From sequence record PX880101.1: a DNA stretch of 64,000 nucleotides. One strand, 5' to 3'. Under the pieces are notes generated by a model that was given only the letters and a program-made list of their open reading frames with translations, did not search any database and was not told where the DNA came from. A program made the position numbers and the translations under genes. This document shows, in pieces, positions 28,398 to 37,782 of this stretch (positions within the stretch are counted from its first letter, which is position 1; every line of letters begins with the position of its first letter). Source of the stretch: a phage.

Positions 28398-28735
28398 GTT
28401 TGTGGAGAAATATCGTTAACTACGTGTGCGGCAATCCAACTCCTGAAGAGAAGGATGTTGTGATTCACGATTTTACTAAAAGATCTCGTGAAAAAGATCT
28501 ACTGCTAACAAAGGTGACTGATAAAGATCCTGCAGTAGGGGACTGGGCAGGTTTTGCGTTTACATCGGACAAATACACCTTTAACAAAGGTGACTACCTT
28601 GTTGTGGATTTTAACGAAGACATTGAGGGTGCTGAACCTTACTATCAAACCCTTATTGTTGCAGGGTGTGTTGATCTCTCTGCAGGCATGCACAGTTTGA
28701 TTCTTTTTGAGCTTGACTCTGAAGACCTTGAGTAG
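28394..28735 (+). CDS. hypothetical protein
   Basis: 113-aa ORF, 4-nt overlap with the helicase gene. Confidence 0.5.
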   Translation: MSLWRNIVNYVCGNPTPEEKDVVIHDFTKRSREKDLLLTKVTDKDPAVGDWAGFAFTSDKYTFNKGDYLVVDFNEDIEGAEPYYQTLIVAGCVDLSAGMHSLILFELDSEDLE

Positions 28736-28795
28736 TAAGATGTGAGTATAAAGGGGAGGCACTCCTCCCCACAAAAACTAAGGAAGCACTAAACG

Positions 28796-29098
28796 ATGAA
28801 ACGTTATAAACCATACACTTTTGAAATCGATTTCGAACTTGACGATATGTTTACTGTGGAAGCTCAGGCAGTTGTCCAGTTGCCAGACTCGGAGTGCCGT
28901 GACTCTGATGTTGACTATTACGGGTTTAGACAAATTACCGATGTGCGTGTTTACCACAACGGTGAAGAGGTGGACTTCCACCAACTGCCAAACGATATGC
29001 GCCACTCAATTTACAAACGTGCAGCCCGTGAACTAGAGTCCTATCTGGATGCAGCGACGACAGCAGCTGCATTTGCTGAAGAAGTGGGAGGTTTCTGA
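28796..29098 (+). CDS. hypothetical protein
   Basis: 100-aa ORF, RBS aagga, preceded by a GC hairpin. Confidence 0.5.
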   Translation: MKRYKPYTFEIDFELDDMFTVEAQAVVQLPDSECRDSDVDYYGFRQITDVRVYHNGEEVDFHQLPNDMRHSIYKRAARELESYLDAATTAAAFAEEVGGF

Positions 29099-29493
29099 TG
29101 ATTACAGGTGTGAAGATTATCCAATACCACTTAACCAAATTGGAAGATGCTGAAAAAGAGCTTGCAGAAGTTCTGAATAGTGGATATACTTTGCTATCAT
29201 GCGCCTGCTCAGACACATACGCTGTGTGGACACTTATCCGGAAGGAAGAGCCTGCGGGGATCTTGGTGCCAAACCCTAAGATCATTAGTGAGGTGGATGA
29301 CTACGCTCAGGACGGCCTGCCAGAAGGCTGGGAAGTATGGGAAGGTGGTGAAAACCCTGCACCAGGTAAGTGGGTAAAATACAAACTGCGTAGTGGCGCA
29401 CAGTACGCTGACTATTCTGATGACCTGGACTGGAGTCATTCTTCACCAGAATCATCTGCAAGTTCCTATGATATCATAGCTTTTAAGGAATAA
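29098..29493 (+). CDS. hypothetical protein
   Basis: 131-aa ORF, start overlaps upstream stop. Confidence 0.5.
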   Translation: MITGVKIIQYHLTKLEDAEKELAEVLNSGYTLLSCACSDTYAVWTLIRKEEPAGILVPNPKIISEVDDYAQDGLPEGWEVWEGGENPAPGKWVKYKLRSGAQYADYSDDLDWSHSSPESSASSYDIIAFKE

Positions 29494-29505
29494 GGAGAAG
29501 GTGGT

Positions 29506-29988
29506 ATGTCAGATTTTATGTGGAAAGTTGGTTATTCCTCCCCTGAAATGTGTAAGGCCTGTTTTGTGAAAATAGGTCGCGAGGATATCGACAAAGTGAT
29601 TCTTAAGTTTCGTGATGTGGCTGTAATCGGCAACCGAGTGCTTAAGCACTTAAAGAATCTGAAGCTCACCAAAAAGAAGTTCTTTGGACTTTTCGAAGAG
29701 AAGGTTGATGCTTGGACCCATTGCATTCAGGAAGCTAAATCTCACTACAGTGCTATCATTACCCCAGAACGGGTAGCCAAGATGGAAGGATTCATCAACA
29801 GCACAGAGTTTGAGTGCCTGAAAGCTGCACTTGATAGTTATCCGAAATGCCTCAAGCACTTGGACAAGTATGTAGAAAAGGATGGGGAAATGTACCTAAC
29901 CCTGGACGCATATTATGAGATGCAAGAAATTTTAAATTTAGATTTGACATTGGTATCCACCGAGTATACAATAGGTATCCGGGTTTAA
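29506..29988 (+). CDS. hypothetical protein
   Basis: 160-aa ORF, RBS aaggaga. Confidence 0.5.
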   Translation: MSDFMWKVGYSSPEMCKACFVKIGREDIDKVILKFRDVAVIGNRVLKHLKNLKLTKKKFFGLFEEKVDAWTHCIQEAKSHYSAIITPERVAKMEGFINSTEFECLKAALDSYPKCLKHLDKYVEKDGEMYLTLDAYYEMQEILNLDLTLVSTEYTIGIRV

Positions 29989-29994
29989 CACTAG

Positions 29995-30021
29995 GCCCTG
30001 CCCGAAAGGGTGGGGCTTTTT
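29995..30021 (+). terminator. intrinsic terminator (repeated element, copy 1)
   Basis: gccctgccc-gaaa-gggtggggc plus T5; the same 22-nt hairpin recurs at 41057. Confidence 0.6.
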
Positions 30022-30039
30022 GCATTAGGAGACAGCAAA

Positions 30040-30804
30040 TTGAAATTCATCTACAAAGAACACTACCACAAAGGTGTTGTGTGGAGTCTATTTGACGGGT
30101 CTGGTGGTGCAGTTATTGACTGGGCAAAAGCTGGGTACCTGTGCCTGTGCTTTAATGCAGAAGGTGCTGACCACGGCAGTTATGCAGAGGTGATAACCGA
30201 TCATCCTAACATTCACTATGTGGATTATTGGATTGACCCATGGTTCCCTCAGGAAACTTTTTGCATGTATCCAGCTCCAGACTTTATTCTTGCATTTCCT
30301 CCGTGCACGCATTTAGCGGTATCAGGTGCTGCACATTTTAAGAAAAAGCTGGCTAAGGATCCTTTGATCCAAATTAATGCTGTAAAGGATGCTCGGGTTG
30401 CGGAAGAGTTGGGAGAGATTTACGATTGCCCGTGGCATGTAGAGAATCCTGTAGGGGTTATGTCCACACTGTGGCGAAAACCTGATTACCGTTTTCATCC
30501 TTCGGATTATGGTGGGTATTTACCGGAGGATGATGTAAACCCCTGGTTTCCTGAATTTATAGCTCCACGTGATGCCTATCCAAAAATAACTTGCGGCTGG
30601 ATAGGCAATGGATTTATAATCCCGGCCACAAAACCTGTCCCGCAAATAGTTGACGCGGTTAGCGGGTATTCCATGCAACACGCCAAGCTGGGTGGAAAGA
30701 GTGCAAGAACGAAGATGATCCGAAGCCTCACGCCACGTGGCTGGGCAAAAGCCGTATTCTTAGCAAACGAGCCTGTAGTAAGGAGCAGAATTAATGGGAA
30801 GTAA
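30040..30804 (+). CDS. divergent DNA (cytosine-5)-methyltransferase-like protein
   Basis: ORF track starts at GTG 30010 inside the terminator hairpin; TTG at 30040 after RBS aggaga is more plausible. Motif I SLFDGSGG, motif IV-like FPPCT (PC-Q with T for Q), motif VI HVENP. Confidence 0.4.
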   Translation: MKFIYKEHYHKGVVWSLFDGSGGAVIDWAKAGYLCLCFNAEGADHGSYAEVITDHPNIHYVDYWIDPWFPQETFCMYPAPDFILAFPPCTHLAVSGAAHFKKKLAKDPLIQINAVKDARVAEELGEIYDCPWHVENPVGVMSTLWRKPDYRFHPSDYGGYLPEDDVNPWFPEFIAPRDAYPKITCGWIGNGFIIPATKPVPQIVDAVSGYSMQHAKLGGKSARTKMIRSLTPRGWAKAVFLANEPVVRSRINGK

Positions 30805-32872
30805 ATTTATGGCATCTGCATACAACCGTTTCGGTGAGCCAAACCCGAAAGCAACTAAGTATAAAAGTGGGGGAAGTGTGAAACGAGACTATCGTGATGA
30901 AAAAGAGGTTGAAACTGTAGAGACTGTTTTAGAAAATACTAAAATTGTCCCTGTCCCACAACAAAATATCGGTCTGATGGCTGCACAATATTTTGGTGTG
31001 CGATCAGCATTGTCACAAGAAGACGGTGTGACAGTCACTGCAACATATTTCCCATATTACGACCGCTACGGAAATCTGTCCGGTTTCAAAAAGCGTGACT
31101 GGGCTATTCCTAAAGAACAAAGGGGCCACTTCTCCGTTGTTGGCATCGTAAAGGCCAACTCCCAGATGTTTGGTCAAAAGCTGTGTGCATCTTCCAACAA
31201 CCGTAAGCAGATTAACGTTTGTGAGGGAGAAGGTGATGTTATTGCAGCATGGCAGGCTGCATATCAGATACAAGTAAAAGGGATTCTCACCAACGCTAAA
31301 GCCCCGGCAAAGGTGAAGCAGTGGGCTAAAGAGGTCCAGGACGGGATCGACGCAGTTATCAACGGTGGTGATCTGGCAGGAAAACCCTGCCTGCCTTTTG
31401 TTGGAATTAACTGTGGATGTGCAAACGCAGTAGATACTTTTGCAAACAATGAGAAGTTTATCCGTAGCTATGGAACAGTTGTGCTGGCAATGGATAACGA
31501 TGCAGCTAACGAGGTAGAGAAGCAAAAACACGTCATTAAAGGTGTTGAGGCCACGCACAATATCGCAGCATTTTTGATGGCTGATAACGTTTACCACGTA
31601 GAATACCCTGGTGAAGTAAATGACCCTGACGGGGTAAAAGATATCCGTGACATGCTGAAGGCTAAAAAGCTGGAAGATATTGTCAACATGTTCCGGCACC
31701 CTGTTAAATATGTGCCTGATGCTGTGTCGGATTTAGAAGACTTCTCTATCGAGTCTTTGCGGAAAAAGACTTCCAACGGGGTAGATATCAGCGCAGAGTT
31801 CCCAAAACTGCAAAAAATGCTAAAAGGCTTGCACAAAGGGACACTCGTAATGCTTACAGGGCCATCAGGGGGCGGTAAAACAACTGTAGCTAAAAAACTG
31901 GAACATTGTATTGCAAGATACCTAATGGACCCGACATGCCCGAAGGCTGATGACTATGAAGAGGATGATCGTCTATGTATGATCCATCTTGAGGAGGACC
32001 CAGAGGAAGCAATTAACTCCTTGTATGCAAACCAGTTAGGGTTTGATGTTAAAGAGTTTGTTGAAGATCCTAGCCAGTTTTTAACTGATCAAGAACACGC
32101 AGAGATTCACCAATCATGGGCAAAAGCTGGAAAAATCAAAGTGTTCAAACATTTCGGATCTATTCCGGTGGACGAGTTGATTACCAAGCTTAAGCAAATG
32201 GTTTGCCTGTACCATTGCCGTTATATTGTGCTGGATCACCTGTCCATGGTAATTTCAGGGCTTAATGTTAAGGATGAGCGAAAAGAACTGGACATGGCTA
32301 TGACTCAGCTGGCTGCGTTTTGTAAGCAGTTTAACGTGTTTATCTTGGTGATCGCTCACCTCAAACGTACAGAGATTGTGCCTCCTAAGGACAAGGATGG
32401 TAACCCGTTACCTTTCTGGTATCCTGTGCGAAAAGAGAATTTGCGAGGATCGGCGGGGCTTGAACAGTTGAGTTGGGTAGTCATAGGTGTCGAGGCCGAA
32501 GAAATGGTGGATCGTTCTCGTGGACGTGTCCGTCTGGTAGGTCTTAAAAACCGTCCAGCAAAAACTCTAGGTATTGCTGACACTTTGGTTATGGACCCGC
32601 ACACAGGTAAGTTCCATGATGCCAGTAATTGGTACTGGGACAAAGAAATGCAAATGTTTACAGACGGAGAAGGTGGGGAGGTTGTTTGGAGACCTCAGGC
32701 TATGTTTGAGGATCAGGAGCATGCAGTTGTAGAAACACCTATGGGCAAGGTTGTGGCTGATAAGGTTGTAACTCCTACTGTTAAGCCTGTTGACACGCAG
32801 GAAGACCTCCAGTACGATGATCCATCCTCTGACCAGGTCCCTGGTTTTGAGGATGATGAAACGCCTTTTTAA
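30794..32872 (+). CDS. primase-helicase (T7 gp4-like: TOPRIM primase plus DnaB-family helicase)
   Basis: TOPRIM-like VCEGEGDVIAAW and AMDNDAANE; helicase Walker A LTGPSGGGKTT and Walker B IVLDHL; acidic C-terminus ending in Phe (FEDDETPF). Confidence 0.65.
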   Translation: MGSKFMASAYNRFGEPNPKATKYKSGGSVKRDYRDEKEVETVETVLENTKIVPVPQQNIGLMAAQYFGVRSALSQEDGVTVTATYFPYYDRYGNLSGFKKRDWAIPKEQRGHFSVVGIVKANSQMFGQKLCASSNNRKQINVCEGEGDVIAAWQAAYQIQVKGILTNAKAPAKVKQWAKEVQDGIDAVINGGDLAGKPCLPFVGINCGCANAVDTFANNEKFIRSYGTVVLAMDNDAANEVEKQKHVIKGVEATHNIAAFLMADNVYHVEYPGEVNDPDGVKDIRDMLKAKKLEDIVNMFRHPVKYVPDAVSDLEDFSIESLRKKTSNGVDISAEFPKLQKMLKGLHKGTLVMLTGPSGGGKTTVAKKLEHCIARYLMDPTCPKADDYEEDDRLCMIHLEEDPEEAINSLYANQLGFDVKEFVEDPSQFLTDQEHAEIHQSWAKAGKIKVFKHFGSIPVDELITKLKQMVCLYHCRYIVLDHLSMVISGLNVKDERKELDMAMTQLAAFCKQFNVFILVIAHLKRTEIVPPKDKDGNPLPFWYPVRKENLRGSAGLEQLSWVVIGVEAEEMVDRSRGRVRLVGLKNRPAKTLGIADTLVMDPHTGKFHDASNWYWDKEMQMFTDGEGGEVVWRPQAMFEDQEHAVVETPMGKVVADKVVTPTVKPVDTQEDLQYDDPSSDQVPGFEDDETPF

Positions 32873-32930
32873 TGTTTAACAAAGAGTGGGAGGGGTAGTA
32901 CAACCGCCTCCCCTTTAAGGAGAACTGTAT

Positions 32931-35360
32931 ATGAGCATGTGGTCGTTCGATTTTGAGTCATCCGGTTTGCTGGAAGACCCAGATCTTTATTATCACTGCG
33001 GTCTGTTTAAAGAGCTGAATAAGAACCGTTTTATGCTGTTCCTTCCTCTAAATGACCGCACACACTACTCCGAGGAGGATATAGAAAAGGCTAAGAACTT
33101 CATTCTGGCAAAGAAAACTCTTTATAAAGATTTTGAAGTTCGCATAGCAGATTTTTCGGAGTTGGAAGGTTGGCTTACAGGCAATTCCGACTGGTCACCA
33201 ACAGCTTTGAACTGCCATAACTGCTACAGTTATGACTTTATGCTGATGGAGAGATTGTCCGGTATTCATTTTGATATGTTCCGTGATCCTAAATGCATGG
33301 GGACTATCAACGACCACCAGGTTAACCTGTTTGATACGTTGGCGATGAGCCGAATTTTGTGGCCTGATCGCCCTCTACCAAAAGGTTGTCCGGACGCTGT
33401 ATTCAACCCGGTTACTAAGAAAATGCAGCCTGTTGGTCCTCACGGCCTTATGGCATGGGGCTACGCCCTTGGTAACCAGAAAGTTCAAATTGATGACTGG
33501 CGCGATCTTCCGTTGTGGAAGTATGTGGATCGTGTATTCGAGGACGTTATCATCCAGGAGCTGCTCTGGAAAGAGCTGGTAGCGGAATCAAAAGGTGTAT
33601 TCTACGGCAAATCTGACATGCAGAACTTTATGTACGATCCTGCCAAAGAGAAGCCGAAAGGGTTCAAGAAGATCACCTGGAAGAACGCATTACGCCGGGG
33701 TATGCTGCAGCACTTCCTGATGGAGCTGCAGGCCCGTCAGGGTGTATATTTCGACATAGATGGAGCTATTGCTTTACGTGACCGTTGTGATGCGTGGATG
33801 AAAGAGATCGCTGATCGTGTTGAACCTCAACTTCCTTTAAAAGAGTTGTCAATGTCTCAGCGGCCCAAGTTCCCTGAAAAGCCGTTTAACCAAGATGGGA
33901 CAATCTCCAATAATGGTTGGAAATGGTTAAAAGATAAGCTTGGCTATCCTGTGGACATGAGCGCTTTAGAGTTCAAAGCCCCACCTAAGCGAGCATTTAC
34001 CTCCACAGGGGATGTCAGTAAGATGGGGATAAAATGGTGTGAAGAGATGGGCTGTAAAGACCCTGATAAGATGGCTGATTTCTTGAGGGGCTATATTAAG
34101 GGCACCTCCACACCACAACCTTTACCTAAAGAGCTAATGGATCAGGCAATAAGTGATCTACAGCAGAAGCGAATGCCTGACTGCAAGATACCTATGAAAA
34201 TCAGCAATCAGGACGACATTAAGCGATACCTGATCAGTGCTGGTTGGCTTCCGACAATGTGGAGAACTAAGGATGTAACTAAAGACAGCAAGAAGAAAGC
34301 TCTACCTGATGCAGATGTTGATGCACGAGTATATGCATATATGGACGAGCTTTTAGAGTCAGAGTATTGTGACCTGATTATCAACTTCTGGAACAAAACT
34401 GATGCTAAGTTCCAGACAACCGTGCACAAGTTCCGAAGCTTTCCTAACTCCGAAAGGATTAAAAAGGAAGTATTCGGGAAAATACGTAGAAAAGCCAGGG
34501 CACTTATTACTTCTCCGCAACTGAAAGATACGTTTGGACACCTATGTCCGAATCTTGAAAAATTGAACGGAGAGATGGCTAAAGATATCGTCTTGTGGTT
34601 ATCCTTGCGAAACCGCAGATCGGTCCTTGATCCAATCAAGGAGGATAAGGTTGATACTGGTCTTCTTAATCACCCACGTTTGAAGATTGACCATAAGCTT
34701 CCTGCTAAAAGTTCTGGATTAACAAACACTTCCCGACAGAAACACAGTATTTGTGCGAACATGCCTAAACCATCTCCTAAAGTGGTTATGGGTAAAGAGA
34801 TGCGTAGTCTGTGGGGTGTTCCTCCAGGATACTTTGAGATTGGTATTGACGGGTCCAACTTAGAGCAGCTTATCGGGGCTTGGGGTGCCTTTGAGTTCGA
34901 CAACGGCTTGTATTATGATGTTGTAAGTAACGGGGACGCACACCAAAACAATGCTGAGGCATATACAAAAGTAGCAGGTAGAGAGGTGTCTCGTAACGAC
35001 GGTAAACCTATCACGTATGGGGTTATGTATGGGGCACAAAAAGATAAAGTTGCAGATATGCTGGACATCTCTCCAGAGTTGGGACAAAGGGTAATCGATG
35101 CACTCTGGGATGCCAACCCAGGTCTTAAGGGGCGCAAAGAGGATCTGGAGAAATTCTGGGAAGCAACAGGTAAGAAGTTTATCTACTCTTTTGATGGTCA
35201 TGCTATCTGGACCCGATCTAAACACTCTTTACTTAATGCATACCAACAAAATGGCGGTGCATCGTTGTGTGACTTAGTTGGAATACTCATGCACCACCAG
35301 ATGGTGAAGCGTGGGTGGTACGATGAAGGTGTTCGTCGTATTATTTATTACCATAAATAA
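32931..35360 (+). CDS. family-A DNA polymerase, 5' exon with 3'-5' exonuclease and polymerase motifs A and B (inferred splice donor after 35354)
   Basis: Exo I FDFESSGL; motif A IGIDGSNLEQL; O-helix region RNDGKPITYGVMYG; the ORF stops at …RRIIYYHK* exactly where motif C (HDE) should follow. Confidence 0.75.
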   Translation: MSMWSFDFESSGLLEDPDLYYHCGLFKELNKNRFMLFLPLNDRTHYSEEDIEKAKNFILAKKTLYKDFEVRIADFSELEGWLTGNSDWSPTALNCHNCYSYDFMLMERLSGIHFDMFRDPKCMGTINDHQVNLFDTLAMSRILWPDRPLPKGCPDAVFNPVTKKMQPVGPHGLMAWGYALGNQKVQIDDWRDLPLWKYVDRVFEDVIIQELLWKELVAESKGVFYGKSDMQNFMYDPAKEKPKGFKKITWKNALRRGMLQHFLMELQARQGVYFDIDGAIALRDRCDAWMKEIADRVEPQLPLKELSMSQRPKFPEKPFNQDGTISNNGWKWLKDKLGYPVDMSALEFKAPPKRAFTSTGDVSKMGIKWCEEMGCKDPDKMADFLRGYIKGTSTPQPLPKELMDQAISDLQQKRMPDCKIPMKISNQDDIKRYLISAGWLPTMWRTKDVTKDSKKKALPDADVDARVYAYMDELLESEYCDLIINFWNKTDAKFQTTVHKFRSFPNSERIKKEVFGKIRRKARALITSPQLKDTFGHLCPNLEKLNGEMAKDIVLWLSLRNRRSVLDPIKEDKVDTGLLNHPRLKIDHKLPAKSSGLTNTSRQKHSICANMPKPSPKVVMGKEMRSLWGVPPGYFEIGIDGSNLEQLIGAWGAFEFDNGLYYDVVSNGDAHQNNAEAYTKVAGREVSRNDGKPITYGVMYGAQKDKVADMLDISPELGQRVIDALWDANPGLKGRKEDLEKFWEATGKKFIYSFDGHAIWTRSKHSLLNAYQQNGGASLCDLVGILMHHQMVKRGWYDEGVRRIIYYHK

Positions 35361-35630
35361 CATTGTGGCTTCATAGAGTAATCTATGTCGAATAACCTCT
35401 TTAACTGCGGGAAGCCTAAACCTTATGGCAAGGTAATCCGCAACGAAGCGCTCAAAAGAGCGAACGCTCAGAGGCCATTCCGAAAGGAAGTAGACCAGCA
35501 AGTGCGGTCGAAATGGGAGGATTCCTGTGGTTGCTTATCATAGGAATATGAGATGGTCCGATCCTACGTGAAAACGTATGGCTATGCACGTAAAGGTGCG
35601 GGGTAGCTTAACGACCTACCTGAACTATTG
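35355..35630 (+). ncRNA. group I self-splicing intron (276 nt, no internal ORF) within the DNA polymerase gene
   Basis: 5' exon ends in U (35354), intron ends in G (35630); guide sequence CAUU|GUGG (35361-35368) pairs with both exon ends; P-like CUGCGGGAAG (35405-14), Q-like AAUCCGCAACG (35435-45), P7 GACCA (35493-97) with UGGUC (35554-58); splicing restores …YYH-DEYQLQV…. Confidence 0.7.
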
Positions 35631-35984
35631 GATGAGTACCAACTTCAAGTCCCTGACACACCGAAGTATAAGACTGTGTACACCTTCGACACAATCGAAG
35701 AACTGGAAGCATTTAAGGCAGAGCAGGAGGCCAAACTTCATGTGTTCGACGGTCATAAGTACAAAAAGGCACGCAAGGATGAGGACGGAAACGAAGTGGT
35801 TGACAGAGACGGAAACACGGTGTACGATCCTATCCTGAATGATGACGGAAAGCTTGAACTTATCTGGAGCCCTGTGGGTGAAATGGTGGTGCATTGCTTC
35901 TGGCAAGCTTCTAAAATGATGGGCGTCCCGTTCCAGATCACAGGTGAATACTTGTGTGGTCGTAATTGGGGTGATTGTCACTAA
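35628..35984 (+). CDS. family-A DNA polymerase, 3' exon with motif C and C-terminus (coding sequence inferred to begin at 35631)
   Basis: Begins DEYQLQV (motif C HDE after joining to exon 1) and ends …GRNWGDCH, resembling the T7 DNA polymerase C-terminus …GPNWAICH. Confidence 0.7.
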   Translation: MDEYQLQVPDTPKYKTVYTFDTIEELEAFKAEQEAKLHVFDGHKYKKARKDEDGNEVVDRDGNTVYDPILNDDGKLELIWSPVGEMVVHCFWQASKMMGVPFQITGEYLCGRNWGDCH

Positions 35985-36033
35985 TGTAAACTATCAACAC
36001 ATGGAAGTGTTGTTGAGCAAAGAGGAGACTTTT

Positions 36034-36318
36034 ATGGTAGTAGAACCAACAAAAACATTTACATCCATGACTATCCCTGTTATTATGCAGGTGGAGTGTG
36101 TTCAGGTATCTCAAGTGTGGCCAGGCACTAAAATCCCAACAGGGCCTGATTTCTTTCAGGTTGGGAAAGTGTACAATGTCTGGAAGGCACCAGATTGTCA
36201 CCCTTTCATTAAAGATGACCGTGGAATGCTGTGGTATCTTGGAAATGATTTGACACTGCACCTTGGGAATGCTATTATTGCAGTATTCAGACTTAACAAG
36301 AAGGAGACCGATCAATGA
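36034..36318 (+). CDS. hypothetical protein
   Basis: ORF is open from 35944 overlapping the polymerase 3' exon; ATG at 36034 follows RBS agaggag. Confidence 0.45.
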   Translation: MVVEPTKTFTSMTIPVIMQVECVQVSQVWPGTKIPTGPDFFQVGKVYNVWKAPDCHPFIKDDRGMLWYLGNDLTLHLGNAIIAVFRLNKKETDQ

Positions 36319-36542
36319 CGACTTTGGTTAAAGCTACCTTTGTAGAAGAAAAGATGACAGACATGTCATTCTTTAAAGAAGGAAAGACCTACGAGGTTTA
36401 TTACGATAAAGCTCGTGCAAACAAAATGATTAAAGACGAGGAAGGGGTTGACTGGTATATCTCTCACCTGGCAAACGGTGAGTATCATATCTACGGAACC
36501 ACTTTGCTTGCCAAGTTTGTAGTTGTTGAAGAGGACCTATGA
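36315..36542 (+). CDS. hypothetical protein
   Basis: 75-aa ORF, RBS aaggaga. Confidence 0.5.
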   Translation: MTTLVKATFVEEKMTDMSFFKEGKTYEVYYDKARANKMIKDEEGVDWYISHLANGEYHIYGTTLLAKFVVVEEDL

Positions 36543-36733
36543 AAGTAAAGTATCTTGCTGAAGGTATGAATAGGTATTTTACCCTTGGTGAAGAATATTG
36601 GCCCTTTACAAACAACGGCGATGTCTACGTGAAAGATAATTTCGGCACGCCGTGGTTTCTGCACTCTAATGGGCTGGGATACTCCATTTACTGCGGTGCA
36701 GTGAACAACACAACTCTTGCAGAGTTCGTTTAG
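36539..36733 (+). CDS. hypothetical protein
   Basis: 64-aa ORF, RBS agagga. Confidence 0.45.
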   Translation: MKVKYLAEGMNRYFTLGEEYWPFTNNGDVYVKDNFGTPWFLHSNGLGYSIYCGAVNNTTLAEFV

Positions 36734-36743
36734 AGGAGGTAGG

Positions 36744-37115
36744 ATGTTAGTAAAAGGTACCCACACAGTCAAACAACGTATTGAAGTTGAGATTGATGAT
36801 TGTGAGCTGAAGCATATTTTACGGTCATGCTCCAACGTTTTGCTCCTTAGTATTCTTCAGGAGCGAGCGGAGAACGAGTTCTTAAATGCATTGGCAGGCC
36901 GTCCCGGTGACTTCTGTGTGCGTAAGCGTGGTGACAACAAGTCGTGGTTGTGGGAGATCGATGCCGACTGGGATTACCACAAAAATGAGGGTATAGATGG
37001 GCCTATTCGTGAACTGACGGACAAAGAGATTCAGATGTACAATGAAGTTTGTCATTGGGCAACACGCCAACAAATTTACCTAGACCCTGTGTGGCTGATT
37101 GAAAATAGTCGTTGA
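36744..37115 (+). CDS. hypothetical protein
   Basis: ATG at 36744 follows RBS agaggagg (ORF open from 36717). Confidence 0.5.
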   Translation: MLVKGTHTVKQRIEVEIDDCELKHILRSCSNVLLLSILQERAENEFLNALAGRPGDFCVRKRGDNKSWLWEIDADWDYHKNEGIDGPIRELTDKEIQMYNEVCHWATRQQIYLDPVWLIENSR

Positions 37116-37191
37116 CAAGAAGTAAGGCTAGATGTAAGATACTCCCCACAAACAGAGTATTGATTGTTAAATAATTAAGGAGACCTCTAAG

Positions 37192-37446
37192 ATGAAAATC
37201 ATGTTGAAACCAGAATGCGTTGCAAACGACCGAGCTTTTAAAGATTGCACACTTGGCGCTACTTATGAAGCAGAGTTTTGTGAGAACCCTTTGGTAAAAG
37301 CCCTTCTGGAAGAAGGGGCCCCTTTATCACAAGAAGAGATTGATGAGCTGGAAAACTCAGCACAGTGCCTTACCTTTAAAGATGATGAAGGAGACTCTGT
37401 CTGGTGCACTGTTAATGAAGTAGTTTTTGTAAAACCTGAACATTAA
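37192..37446 (+). CDS. small hypothetical protein (tandem paralog 1)
   Basis: 84 aa, RBS aaggaga; resembles the next gene (DRAFKDCT…EGDSVWCT versus DSAFRDCT…QGDYVCCT). Confidence 0.5.
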   Translation: MKIMLKPECVANDRAFKDCTLGATYEAEFCENPLVKALLEEGAPLSQEEIDELENSAQCLTFKDDEGDSVWCTVNEVVFVKPEH

Positions 37447-37509
37447 TACTTGACAACAGTGATGGGGCCTAATATAATGGCCCTATCAAAACGAAAGGGG
37501 ACCACAGCA

Positions 37510-37782
37510 ATGACCAAACAATATCAACGAATTAAAGCCAAGGTTAAGCCAGACTATCTGGAGAAGGACTCTGCTTTTCGGGACTGCACAGCTGACAAAG
37601 TTTATACAGGGGCCGTCCTGTTGAACGATGAACTTGAAGTAGATATTCTGGGTAAAGAGGCAACTATTAAGGACGACCAAGGCGATTATGTTTGCTGCAC
37701 CACACGTGAGCTAGAAATCTTAGAATACTTCGGTGAAATCTTCACCTCTCTTGATGATTACTTAGATGATGAGGAAGCGTGA
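37510..37782 (+). CDS. small hypothetical protein (tandem paralog 2)
   Basis: ATG at 37510 after RBS aagggga (ORF open from 37450); paralogous to the 37192-37446 product. Confidence 0.45.
   Translation: MTKQYQRIKAKVKPDYLEKDSAFRDCTADKVYTGAVLLNDELEVDILGKEATIKDDQGDYVCCTTRELEILEYFGEIFTSLDDYLDDEEA

Noticed and set aside
31013-31699. 228-aa minus-strand ORF
   Set aside because: Antisense to the primase-helicase gene, whose conserved TOPRIM and Walker motifs establish the sense strand.
35355-35630. Intein or programmed frameshift as the explanation for the split polymerase
   Set aside because: An intein would be in frame with no stop and far larger; here there are in-frame stops, a different frame downstream, and P/Q/P7 pairings plus U/G splice-site rules that fit a group I intron.
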